Origin: a virus | Lineage: Duplodnaviria > Heunggongvirae > Uroviricota > Caudoviricetes | IMG/VR virus record: IMGVR_UViG_3300028805_000039 | Coordinates: 127,852-191,851 of that record | Length of the DNA: 64,000 nt | Reading direction: 5' to 3' (one strand) | Part shown: positions 19,798 through 29,343 of the stretch, piece by piece | Position numbering within the stretch: position 1 is the stretch's first letter | How the letters are laid out: each line of letters starts with the position of its first letter | The notes under the pieces: model-generated | What the model was told of the DNA's origin: nothing | The model's database searches: none | What the model saw: only the letters and a program-made list of their open reading frames with translations | Program-made: the position numbers and the translations under genes

Positions 19798-20217
19798 ATG
19801 GCCAAGCCTGCTTTGAATGAAAAGACTATCGCGGATTACATGAAGCGTAATAAGTGTACCCGTGAAGATGCAATCGACCTTATCAAATACGATATTGCGG
19901 TTGAAGATGGCGAAGAAACCGAGTATGACCTGACCGAAGAACAGAAAAAGGTTGTACAGGATATGAACCGCAAGATTGACCACAAAAAGCCCACCACTAA
20001 GGTCAAGAGAGAACGCAAGCCGAATGAACTGAAAGAAGCCCTTGTCGCCGCTCTTGCAGATTATTTGGAAAATGTCTGTGAAATTGATATTGCTGAAAGC
20101 GGTCTTATTTACTGCGGAGATGTGGAAATTACCAATAAAAATCGTATGATTCACTTCACCTGCAAAGACAAGGAATTTGACCTGCAGCTCATTGAAAAGC
20201 GGCCCAAAAAGTCCTAA
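19798..20217 (+). CDS. hypothetical protein; paralog of 3109..3489
   Basis: shared LTEEQKKV..KRERKP block. Confidence 0.55.
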   Translation: MAKPALNEKTIADYMKRNKCTREDAIDLIKYDIAVEDGEETEYDLTEEQKKVVQDMNRKIDHKKPTTKVKRERKPNELKEALVAALADYLENVCEIDIAESGLIYCGDVEITNKNRMIHFTCKDKEFDLQLIEKRPKKS

Positions 20218-20730
20218 ACAAGCGAAACCCCGAACTTTTCGGGGCAATTCGCCCGGGCGGATTGTTAAATAAATAACTTATAAATAGATATTGACAACTA
20301 CCATCAATCCTGTTATAATATAATTGTTCCAAGGGAAAGCAAGAAAGTGACTGAGCCTGTTAAAGTCGCATCTGCGGGTGGGTGCGCAACACCTCTGAGT
20401 AGACCTTCAGCCAGTCGGTCAACCTTGTGGAAGCTTCTTACCAAGGAACATTCTCTGGGTAGGATTAGCTACCCTACTCATACAAATTTAATATAGGGAA
20501 GACAAAAGAAAGGAAATAGTAAAGCTATGGTTTTACTACTGCGGCTACCGCATCTTTAACACTTTTGCGGTAATATAAATTTTAAGACACTACCCGCCTA
20601 TTGGTACGGCGGGTGAGTGCCCGGGCGCGCATTTTTTTTTAGAAAAAACTATTGACAAACAACAAAAAGTCTGCTATAATAACAACTGTAAGGAACCAAG
20701 AGATAGATTAAAAAGAAAGGGGATAAAAAA

Positions 20731-20949
20731 ATGTTTCTTTGCGATGTACCCCGCGGGACTATTATATGTTTTGATGAGATACCCAATTATTATATCAAAG
20801 TCAAAAGATTAGATGGAGTATCTGGTGTTGTCAATTTAGAAACTGGTATATTCTATGAAGCAAAAGACTTGCGCGAGCAGGGTGTTGATCCTGATCATTT
20901 CTCTTATGTAGCGCCAAATTTTTATTCTTTTACAACAAATTGGCAGTAA
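20731..20949 (+). CDS. hypothetical protein (72 aa)
   Basis: ORF track. Confidence 0.5.
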   Translation: MFLCDVPRGTIICFDEIPNYYIKVKRLDGVSGVVNLETGIFYEAKDLREQGVDPDHFSYVAPNFYSFTTNWQ

Positions 20950-21295
20950 GTAAGCTGCCCGGGCGGATTGTTAAATAAATAACTTTTGAAAAAGGTATTG
21001 ACTTTTAGAAGAAAAAGAGTATAATAATAATTGTTAAGGGGAGGGGCTCCCAAAAAAACAAAATCGCCTGTGGGATTTAACTGGCGACCTGATAAAAAAA
21101 ATTCTTGAAACAAAGAAAAACCCCTTGACAAATTCCACTTAATGTGGTATAATGAATACAGTTAAGAGGGCGGTGGAAACCACGATACGCACCGTTTGTG
21201 CTGATGAAAGAAACAAGCCCGAAAAAAATTTCAAAGAAATTTGAAATCCCTCTTGACAAACACCACAAGCTGTGGTATAATAAGTATGTAAATAA

Positions 21296-21364
21296 GGGCG
21301 AGCAGGTTGAGTAGCCCCTCTATGGGGCAAAGTTAAATGGGGGGTTCGATTCCCCCCACGCCCC
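21296..21364 (+). tRNA. irregular tRNA-like gene with a CUA anticodon loop; candidate amber-suppressor tRNA
   Basis: own promoter (tataataagtatgtaa); acceptor gggcgag/cacgccc (6 of 7 bp); T-arm ggggg-ttcgatt-ccccc; anticodon arm gccc-cUCUAug-gggc with CTA at 21320-21322; D-arm truncated; no encoded CCA. Confidence 0.35.
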
Positions 21365-21520
21365 CAAAAAAAATAAAAAGGGTCTTGACAAAAGCCTGAA
21401 CCTATGATATAATAAGTATGTAAGCAAGAGGGAGTTGAAAATCCCCTGCTGATAAATGCCTTGCCGCTACTAAAAGGCATAAGAATCTGGTAGCACAAAT
21501 TTTAGAAAGAGGTAGATACT

Positions 21521-21898
21521 ATGGCTAATTCTGTTGAGAAGAAGGTTACTAAGCGTGACCGCTTTAACGAACTGCTCGGCATCCCCGCCGTGGCTGAGAA
21601 TGAGGGTCTGGTTGAGTTTATCAATCACGAGATTGAGCTGCTCGACAAGAAGAATACCGCGGAGCGGAAGCCCACTGCAAAGCAGGTTGCCAATGAGGGT
21701 TATAAGGAAGCCATTGTTGGCTGGATGGAGCCTGACCGCCTGTATCTGGCGGCTGAGATTGCCAAGGGCTGTCCCGCTATCGTGGAGAACGGTGTCACCG
21801 CTGGCACTGTGACCGCCCTGCTGACCCAGCTTTACAAGGCTGGCAAGATTGTCCGCACTGAGGACAAGCGGAAGAATTATTACTCCCTCGCGGAGTAA
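21521..21898 (+). CDS. family-X protein (paralog 3)
   Basis: C-terminus KAGKIVRTEDKRKNYYSLAE; conserved leader. Confidence 0.6.
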   Translation: MANSVEKKVTKRDRFNELLGIPAVAENEGLVEFINHEIELLDKKNTAERKPTAKQVANEGYKEAIVGWMEPDRLYLAAEIAKGCPAIVENGVTAGTVTALLTQLYKAGKIVRTEDKRKNYYSLAE

Positions 21899-21941
21899 TA
21901 ATTCCCCCATGGGGGATGGGTAAATCCCCCGCCCCTAAAAT

Positions 21942-22018
21942 GGCCCCTTCTACTAATTGGATAGGTAATCAGGCTTTCAACCTGAAAATGGTGAGTTCAA
22001 ACCTCCCAGGGGTCACCA
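21942..22018 (+). tRNA. tRNA-Glu(TTC)
   Basis: acceptor ggcccct/aggggtc; anticodon stem tcagg/cctga with loop ctttcaa; T-loop ttcaaac; CCA. Confidence 0.65.
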
Positions 22019-22200
22019 ATACTTTTCTTATATCTCCTTTCTTTCTCTCCTTTCTTTTTTCCCTTTGTGGGGCTCTACCACTTTAATGTGGTAGAGTTCC
22101 TGCCCGGGCAATTTGTTAAAACCTTAACAAAATAAACTACTTGACATAATTCCAATAGCGTGATATAATTTTTATAGTAAAAGATAAGGAGTGTTAAATA

Positions 22201-22407
22201 ATGGCGGATAACCCTGTATCATGGTTTTTTCTTACTGTAATTGGTATTTATTTTATTTGTCGTTTTTTCAAAAAGGTAATTGATGAAAGCGAACGCCTAA
22301 AAGCGGAAAGAGAAAAAGCCTGTCAAGAAATTTTCTTTGAAAATTCTCTTGACAAAACAAATACTATGGCGTATAATAGATACATAAACAGGAGGGAAAA
22401 CAAATGA
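22201..22407 (+). CDS. small membrane protein (68 aa)
   Basis: ORF track; N-terminal TM helix. Confidence 0.45.
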   Translation: MADNPVSWFFLTVIGIYFICRFFKKVIDESERLKAEREKACQEIFFENSLDKTNTMAYNRYINRRENK

Positions 22408-23108
22408 ATTACATGATGATTGATACTGAGACTACTAATAGTCTTGATGACCCTTTTGCCTATGATGTAGGTTTTGAAGTTTTTGACCGTGACGGCAATA
22501 CTATTGAAATTGCGTCTTTAACTAATAAGGATTTGTTCCTTGATAAAAATTTTATGTCCACTGCTTACTATGCTGAAAAAATCCCTAACTATTGGAAAGA
22601 GATTTGGGCAAAAGAGCGTGAACTTTTAACTTGGCGGGAAATCAAGTGGAGAGTGTTCGATGCTTGTAAGCGAAACGATTGTCAGATTGTAGCGGCCCAC
22701 AATGCTATGTTTGACAATCGGGCATTAAACTTAACCCAGCGTTATATTACTACCAGTCAGTACCGTTATTTTCTGCCGTATGGTGTGACTTGGTGGGACA
22801 CTTTGAAAATGGCTCGTGAAGTTCTCGGCAAAGATGAAACTTATGCACGATTTTGTGAATACTTTGGATATACTACCGTAAGGGGCAAGCCTCGCTTTAC
22901 CGCTGAGATTGTATATAAATACATTAGTGGGGATATAGATTTTGAGGAACGGCATACTGGCCTTGAAGATGTAAAGATAGAAAAAGATATTTTTCTTTAT
23001 TGTCTTGACCGCGCCCCCGACATAGATGGGCGGCTTTGGAAACCTAAGCCGGAGCCGCCCCGTAAAATGGAACCTTGGGAAATCGAATTACAAGAATTAC
23101 TTGCTTAA
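22404..23108 (+). CDS. DEDD-family 3'-5' exonuclease (second paralog)
   Basis: MMIDTETT, AAHNAMFD, HTGLEDVKIE motifs. Confidence 0.6.
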   Translation: MNYMMIDTETTNSLDDPFAYDVGFEVFDRDGNTIEIASLTNKDLFLDKNFMSTAYYAEKIPNYWKEIWAKERELLTWREIKWRVFDACKRNDCQIVAAHNAMFDNRALNLTQRYITTSQYRYFLPYGVTWWDTLKMAREVLGKDETYARFCEYFGYTTVRGKPRFTAEIVYKYISGDIDFEERHTGLEDVKIEKDIFLYCLDRAPDIDGRLWKPKPEPPRKMEPWEIELQELLA

Positions 23109-23120
23109 AGGAGAATAAAA

Positions 23121-23269
23121 AATGAAATATTCTGTAACTCTTGGTTATGAAGTTGAAGTGGAAGCCAATACCCGTGAAGAGGCCATGGACGCCGCTGTCT
23201 TGGCTTTTAGTGAAGACACGCACCCCGATGTGTATATCGCATTCATCGAGCAGCTGGAAAATGAATAAT
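23121..23269 (+). CDS. small hypothetical protein (49 aa)
   Basis: aaggaga RBS then ATG. Confidence 0.35.
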
Positions 23270-23389
23270 TTTCCAGTCGCCCGGGCGTTTTATTTCAAAA
23301 ATTTTAAATAATTTTGGCACTTGACAAATAACTCCTCTTGTGCTATACTATAATTGTTCCAAGAGATAAGAAGAAAGGAAGTAAATAAA

Positions 23390-23560
23390 ATGACACGTAA
23401 AGAAATTATTAGTTATCTGTGCGGGCATCCTGGCTCTCCTCTTGATGATTCTCCAGTTGTAAGGGAACTGGAGAAAGATGAGATGATTGAGTGTCGTAAT
23501 GGAAAATTTTATCTTACTCCTATAGGTTGGAGAATTGCTATGTGGAAATGGGAGGTATAA
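23390..23560 (+). CDS. hypothetical protein
   Basis: inside track ORF 23354..23560; RBS aaaggaag. Confidence 0.5.
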   Translation: MTRKEIISYLCGHPGSPLDDSPVVRELEKDEMIECRNGKFYLTPIGWRIAMWKWEV

Positions 23561-23565
23561 AACAA

Positions 23566-23741
23566 TGGATAAAAATAATTATCTTTTTGTTTGCGTTTTG
23601 AAGATTCTCAAGCATCGTATTGAAGTTGCTCATTCTGCGCAGACAAAGAGCGCCTTGATTTTTGCTCATAACCTTTTGGTTTATGCGCTTCGTAATGACA
23701 CCGCAGCTATTGATGCGGCAATGAAGAAAGAAGGTCTGTAA
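23566..23741 (+). CDS. hypothetical protein
   Basis: inside track ORF 23535..23741. Confidence 0.45.
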
Positions 23742-23742
23742 A

Positions 23743-24024
23743 ATGTTTATTCGTGATTGGGATGGAATGAAATTTGAATCTGAAAATGAAGCATTTGGAA
23801 ATGCTTGTACTGATATGCTTACCGATGGAGCGATTGGTGATTATCTTAAACCTTGGGTAAGCTATGATACTCTTCTTGATTGGGCGATGAAGCAAGACGG
23901 CTTTTTTGATTATTTCGCAGATGAATTTTATAAAGCCCAGCAAGATTATTTCAATGATTTCTATTTTGAAATGGAGGATGATGAAGATGAAAACAGTGAA
24001 TGTGAGGGCGAGAGTAACTTATGA
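23743..24024 (+). CDS. acidic hypothetical protein
   Basis: ORF track. Confidence 0.5.
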   Translation: MFIRDWDGMKFESENEAFGNACTDMLTDGAIGDYLKPWVSYDTLLDWAMKQDGFFDYFADEFYKAQQDYFNDFYFEMEDDEDENSECEGESNL

Positions 24025-24214
24025 TTATCAGGTAGAAATTCCTGATGATGAAGAAGAGTGTGCTATGACTGACATTGCGAGTTATTGCGATGGAAGTGAT
24101 CCAGTATATTCTGCTATGTGTAAGTTAATGGAAAATACAGGTATCCAATGGGAAGGTGAGCTTCTTTCTATTGTTGATGAGAATACTGATGAGGTATTAT
24201 GGTGCGGCGAGTAA
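23987..24214 (+). CDS. hypothetical protein
   Basis: start refined inside track ORF 23906..24214 (MKTVNVRARV). Confidence 0.45.
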   Translation: MKTVNVRARVTYDYQVEIPDDEEECAMTDIASYCDGSDPVYSAMCKLMENTGIQWEGELLSIVDENTDEVLWCGE

Positions 24215-24308
24215 GTCGCACCTAACTGCCCGGGCGCAAAATAGGTATTGACAAGTAAAATAAAATATGTTATAATCATTACAGAAAACAGAAAAGGAGA
24301 AATAAAAA

Positions 24309-24496
24309 TGGAAAAATTAACTTTGGCAAGAATGTGTGAAATTTATGATAATTGTAAAATAAATGATTGCGATAATTGTCCATTAGCTTTAGCTATGGAC
24401 ATTGATGGGAATAGTGCTTGTTCACTTATTGGGCTTCTTCAGGAGGCTATGGAAAATTATAATGATTTTATAATAAATATCTTGACAAATAGTTAA
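24309..24496 (+). CDS. Cys-rich small protein
   Basis: inside track ORF 24248..24496. Confidence 0.45.
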
Positions 24497-24542
24497 ATTT
24501 GTGATATACTAATTCCAGAAACAAAGAAAAGGAGAATAAAAA

Positions 24543-24740
24543 ATGAAAATGTACGACTTCCTTTTTGAATTTACCGAAGATAGCGATAACGAGGGTGAGC
24601 AGATTCTTGTCGAAGCATCAAGTCTTGATAGTGCTTGGGCTTGTCTGGTATTTGACAATGGCTTTGAGTTTAAGGAACTGCGTTTCATCGAGCAGATGGA
24701 GACTTGGGAAGGCGAACTTCTTGGTCTTGATACTTATTAA
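24543..24740 (+). CDS. acidic hypothetical protein
   Basis: ORF track. Confidence 0.5.
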   Translation: MKMYDFLFEFTEDSDNEGEQILVEASSLDSAWACLVFDNGFEFKELRFIEQMETWEGELLGLDTY

Positions 24741-24753
24741 GGAGAATAAAAAA

Positions 24754-24957
24754 ATGGAACCAACACCATCTTGTTCTTATTGTGGTTGTGATTTAACTCT
24801 TTTTGACCACTATGATTGTTATGACACTGAGGACAAAGTGCTTTGTTTTGCTAATGGGTATTGCCCAAAGTGTCGGCGCGAATATCGTTGGACTGATGTT
24901 TATACATTAACTGATTTTGAAGATTTGGAGGAAGTTAATAAAAATGAAAATTGTTGA
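24754..24957 (+). CDS. zinc-ribbon protein (CSYCGC...CPKC)
   Basis: start refined inside track ORF 24565..24957. Confidence 0.45.
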   Translation: MEPTPSCSYCGCDLTLFDHYDCYDTEDKVLCFANGYCPKCRREYRWTDVYTLTDFEDLEEVNKNENC

Positions 24958-25068
24958 ACGGTTTGAAGATGCTAATAAAGTTTGGCGGCTTAATTACGAT
25001 TTCTTTCAATTGCCTTGGTGGGTGTGCGTAGAAGCATACATTAGAAATTTGATAATGGGGGTTAAATA

Positions 25069-25311
25069 ATGAAAGAATACTGGATTGATTTTTCTGGCTA
25101 TGTAAAAGTAGAAGCAGAAAATGCTGATGAAGCAGAACGCAAATTTTGGGATGCCGTTAATACTAAATGTCCTTTCCTTGCTAAAGATGGATTCAATGAT
25201 GATGTGTGGGATTTGGACGCCACAGAGGAAGTGACTAATTTTCCCAGTGCTATTAACAATCCCAATGCTCCTAACTTACAGGATATAGAGGACTTTTGGA
25301 ATGACAAATAA
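25069..25311 (+). CDS. acidic hypothetical protein (80 aa)
   Basis: ORF track. Confidence 0.5.
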   Translation: MKEYWIDFSGYVKVEAENADEAERKFWDAVNTKCPFLAKDGFNDDVWDLDATEEVTNFPSAINNPNAPNLQDIEDFWNDK

Positions 25312-25329
25312 GGGGTGTATAATAATACA

Positions 25330-26400
25330 CCCCTATGAATAATGCCCGGGCAAATCGGCCCGGAGACGCTAGCGTAGGGCCGAACTTCCATTATATCATA
25401 TTTCAGGAAAATTGTCAAGTAAAATATTGCACAAAAATTGGTTTACATAATATCCCGAAACTGTGCACTTTGCTACGCTAAATCGCTAACACTTTAGCAC
25501 GCTAAATCGCTAAATCGCTACTGCGTTAAAGTCCGGCCGCTATGTCTTGACAAAAATATCACAATGTCTGGAAAAAATCTCCATATGCGGCTCGATTTTA
25601 AACAAAAGTGGGCCTAATTTTACCGGTCGGTGGCTTTCGCTAGTCACATATGCGATTGATTTTAAAACAAAAGTGGCTTTAAAACCAGTATATAAAAAAT
25701 TTTAACTAGTTTTTTATCAAAAAAAACTAGTTTTTTTGCGTTTTTAAGTAGTTTTAACTCGTTTTTACTTAGTTTTGCGGCGTTTTTGGCTAGTTTTATC
25801 TCGAAAAAATACCACTTTTTTTGCCTATTTTTGGCGAAAAAAGCCGGTCGGAAACTTGACTTTTAAAAAAAAATTTGATATAATATCAAAAAAAACCATT
25901 TTTTTTTAGGCCGCACGCCCGGATAATAGCATCATTTTATCCTATTCCAGAAGCCAAAATTAAAGGTCAAATTGCCTCACATCAAAAAAAATTAACACGA
26001 ATTCACGTTTCTACTTTTAAAAGTAGTGCGGAGGACAAGAATTATGCCTGGCATACGAGTTCCAAGAGGAACAGAGAAAGGAAAAGTAGGCATATGCGGC
26101 CTTATATTTTATTTAATAATTGACAAATATAAAATAATATGATATAATATAAAAAAAACATACTTTAAATGAGGAGCCACGGATTTAATTCTATTTGCCT
26201 CGCACAAAAATTTTCATTCTCATTTTAACACCTTTATTTTTAACTTTCATAGATAAAACAAGACTATAACTGGCAATACGACTCCAGAGCAAACGAAAAA
26301 ATTTTTGAAGCCGGTCGGTTTAACTATGTATAAAAAGTATTAATTTGAATTTTTTAAAAAAATATTATATAATATATATAGAAAATAAATAAAGGAGAAT
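25330..26400. other. about 1.1-kb non-coding control region at the boundary between modules: short iterons, gccggtcgg x3, catatgcg x3, gattttaaacaaaagtgg x2, phased A/T tracts
   Basis: no ORFs; repeats listed; '(a)ctagtttt' tracts at a 10-11 bp period over 25690-25815; two promoter-like elements. Confidence 0.5.
25470..25540. repeat. cgctaaatcgcta iterons shared with 1680-1870
   Basis: ctacgctaaatcgctaacactttagcacgctaaatcgctaaatcgctact. Confidence 0.5.
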
Positions 26401-26407
26401 TTCTTAA

Positions 26408-26800
26408 ATGAATTATAATTTTAATGATGTAGAGAAGTATCTACGTAATGGTGGAGATGCTGTTGAGTTGGCTCAGGCTTTTGCTGATACTTTGAATAAT
26501 GCACTTGCTAAGTTCCAGAAGGAAAGCAAGTTGGATGAAAAAGCTAATGGGCTTGCCGCGGCTTGGAATGCTTATATTGACGAATATTTTAAGAATCATG
26601 ATGTCCCTGAGAATTATGTCGTGGCCGATATGTATCTCAATACTAAGGATGTCAATTATGTGATGGAGCAGGTGTTGAAGTTTATTCCTCTACTTGATAA
26701 GTTGAATGGATTCTTTGAGATTGGTGCGGAACAGGTGTCCAAGAGCAAGAATAAGGTAGAAGATACAGTAGATAAGTTCTTTGATAAGTTTGGTATCTAA
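26408..26800 (+). CDS. hypothetical protein (130 aa), first gene of the AT-rich module
   Basis: ORF track; late-type promoter at 26340-26395. Confidence 0.55.
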   Translation: MNYNFNDVEKYLRNGGDAVELAQAFADTLNNALAKFQKESKLDEKANGLAAAWNAYIDEYFKNHDVPENYVVADMYLNTKDVNYVMEQVLKFIPLLDKLNGFFEIGAEQVSKSKNKVEDTVDKFFDKFGI

Positions 26801-27229
26801 TAAGTGCCGGAATTAATTTTAATTGTGTACCTTGAAATTTGACAAATTTACTTGCCGTTAAATAAGAAACGAAGATGAACTCGTATTTCTACTTATAATT
26901 GTCGTAGAGTTGAGTTGGATAAAGTGGGAATACGAGTTTTTTAGAAACGGTTGACGGCAACGATGAAAATTAAAAGTCAAGATAAACCGGGCGGAGGCCA
27001 GACCTGTAACGCAATCCAGTGTTATAACGTAACGCAATCCAACCCAACACAATACAAATATAACGTCATAATATACCATTCCAAAAACAATATTTCCTTT
27101 CACTATCTAAAAAGTGAAAGGATTTTTTATTTTCATTTCATTTTTTAAAACACCCTCCCGCCAATTTTTCATTCCATTTTCCAAAACCTCTATTTCCCCT
27201 ATTCCCAGTGGACCACTCGCCGCCAATAC

Positions 27230-27362
27230 TCCCCATTCACAAATATGATTTATAATTATAGATTTATATTACTATCTATTATATATATTATTATATACTA
27301 TATATTATATAATTAAAAATATATATTATATAATATATCTATATAAAAATATATATATTATA
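27230..27362. repeat. pure A/T low-complexity tract (candidate DNA-unwinding element)
   Basis: about 130 bp containing only A and T. Confidence 0.6.
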
Positions 27363-27364
27363 TT

Positions 27365-27840
27365 TCTCCGGAAAAATTTACCGAATCTTGGTGAAAATGC
27401 CTGTTCCAACGACCGCATCTACTAATTCCAGACCAACTTTCGGTAAATTTTACCGTTTCTCCGGTCGTAAATTCGATAAAAATTACCGTTTTTGTGATAC
27501 GTAAATGCGGTAAAATTTACCGCTTTTCCGAGTGTAAATTCGGTAAAATTTACCGAATCTAAATAAAAATGCTAAAACGGTAAAAATTACCGCTTTTACG
27601 GTCGCAAATTCGGTAAAATTTACCGAATTAATACTTTTATCACAAAAATTTAGGAAGATTCATTTAATTCGGTAAAATTTACCGTTTTTCCGTTCGTAAA
27701 TGCGGTAAAATTTACCACTTTTAATATTAACTTTCGGTAAAATTTACCGCATTTACGGTCGCAGTTTCGGTAAAAATTACCGTTTTTCCGTTCGTATAAA
27801 ACGGTAAAAATTACCGTATTTACGACCGCCCCATCTTTTA
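27365..27840. repeat. iteron array: about 14 copies of the near-palindromic 15-mer CGGTAAAATTTACCG
   Basis: units separated by ccgttcgtaaat/gcggt spacers; adjacent to an initiator-like gene; candidate replication origin. Confidence 0.65.
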
Positions 27841-27858
27841 ATAAATTACCATAATTTA

Positions 27859-28293
27859 TTAAAATGTCTAAACTCGTCTTAACTCTCCATCGCTAAGCCG
27901 CACGACATCTTTTTCTATCCATTCAGCATCTTTGTCAACCTCATAACTCAATATGACTTTCAACTTATCCTTTTCATAAGTCTGCGGCACTTCATCAAAT
28001 CTATATCCATTACCAGAAATCTAAACGAGATATCCCTTATTCTCTAATCCCTATCTGGCTTCACGCCAACTTTTATCACTACCCCCAAATTCCTCAATTA
28101 AAGCCTATGGACTAAAAGCCCAACTATCTTTAATCCTATGACAATAAATCCATAAATAAACTTCAAAAGGCTTGCACTCTTTCACAACTTTCTCAAATGC
28201 TGCCGCACTTAATCTATAATAATGATGCGTCGTATCTTTTAAAGCCTCATATCCAGGATAAATAATCTTTGAATTTCTATAAGTCGTTGCCAA
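27859..28293 (-). CDS. replication-initiator / replisome-organiser-like HTH protein; recoded, with 4 in-frame TAG and a TTG start
   Basis: minus-strand frame reads ...WAFSP-TAG-ALIEEFGG...EAR-TAG-GLENKGYLV-TAG-ISGNGYRFDEV...RRV-TAG-TF then TAA; next to the iterons. Confidence 0.45.
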
Positions 28294-28298
28294 GATTA

Positions 28299-28472
28299 TT
28301 ACCCCCTTTGCGCAAGGACTTCCGCAAATGCTTCTTCAAGAGCATCACTTTCTTCAAAAGCCCAAGCCAAATACTTTGGATTAGTAGGATTCGGGAATGA
28401 CTCTATTGGACGAAATCCTTTCTCCAATAGACCTAACATAATTTGTTTTGAAAATATAATCTTTTGTTTCAT
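28299..28472 (-). CDS. small hypothetical protein (57 aa)
   Basis: minus strand: ATG MKQKIIFSKQ... to TAA; no internal TAG. Confidence 0.4.
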   Translation of the reverse strand: MKQKIIFSKQIMLGLLEKGFRPIESFPNPTNPKYLAWAFEESDALEEAFAEVLAQRG

Positions 28473-28494
28473 TTGTTATTTGTTCTCTCTTCCT

Positions 28495-28728
28495 TTACTA
28501 CTATTTGTTAGTAGTTTTACTATTTTTACTTACTGCGGTTCTATACATACGGAAACCTTTTCTAATTATACTAGCCATAGATACATCGTGTTTATCACAA
28601 TATCGCACTAACCAGCCATACTCTTCCGTAGTTAATTTCACCGATATCTAATGCACTTTCTTATCTTCCAAAAATATTTCAATCCTTTCCATTGCGGATT
28701 TAGGTATGTCTTTAAAGGTCTTTGACAT
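28495..28728 (-). CDS. ribbon-helix-helix-like small protein; recoded (TAG at codon 27; tail TAG TAG TAA)
   Basis: MSKTFKDIPKSAMERIEIFLEDKKVH-TAG-ISVKLTTEEYGWLVRYCDKHDVSMASIIRKGF... Confidence 0.4.
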
Positions 28729-28878
28729 ACCAAAAAAGATAGGCATTTAAACTTGCCTAAAAAGTTGTAAAATTTTAATATATTTTATTTTAACAAAAAT
28801 ATACAGATTTTCATATTGAATTTTATAAAAAAATATTATATAATATATATAGAAAAAATAATAAAGGAGTAATTTATA

Positions 28879-29097
28879 ATGAATAAAAATTATAAGAGTT
28901 TTTCGCTACCCGGTGGTGGTGTTCTCCGCATTAACAAAGACAAAATTGTCGCAACAATTAGTTCCGCAACTAATAACACTATTGAAATTTATTGCAGCGA
29001 CACTGCAATTCCTTTCCGCGTTGAAGCAACTAAACACACTCCCCAGGAAATTATAGATTGTATCTGGGATAATCATGATATTGATGGAGGCATGTGA
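28879..29097 (+). CDS. hypothetical protein (72 aa)
   Basis: ORF track; late-type promoter at 28810-28865. Confidence 0.5.
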   Translation: MNKNYKSFSLPGGGVLRINKDKIVATISSATNNTIEIYCSDTAIPFRVEATKHTPQEIIDCIWDNHDIDGGM

Positions 29098-29343
29098 ATG
29101 AAACTTTTTTATTGTGAGCTTACATGGTATGATAGCTATGCTGATAAAGAGCAAGAAGATAAATTATTTATTTTTGCTCATACTTGTGAAGAGGCTTGCC
29201 GCCAGGTAAGCGTTCATTTTAATGAAATTGTAAAAATTAATCTTGAAGTAGTAAATGATAATACTGGTAATACTAGTGTTCTCTTTATCGAGGGAAATGA
29301 TGAAGACGTGGTTCAGTCAATTAAAAATTCCAATACATACTGA
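29098..29343 (+). CDS. hypothetical protein (81 aa)
   Basis: ORF track; start overlaps the upstream stop (TGAATG). Confidence 0.5.
   Translation: MKLFYCELTWYDSYADKEQEDKLFIFAHTCEEACRQVSVHFNEIVKINLEVVNDNTGNTSVLFIEGNDEDVVQSIKNSNTY

Noticed and set aside
27365-27840. Possible CRISPR array (regular short repeats)
   Set aside because: Repeats are 15-bp palindromes with short conserved spacers and no unique spacers of 30-40 bp; the architecture fits iterons, not a CRISPR array.
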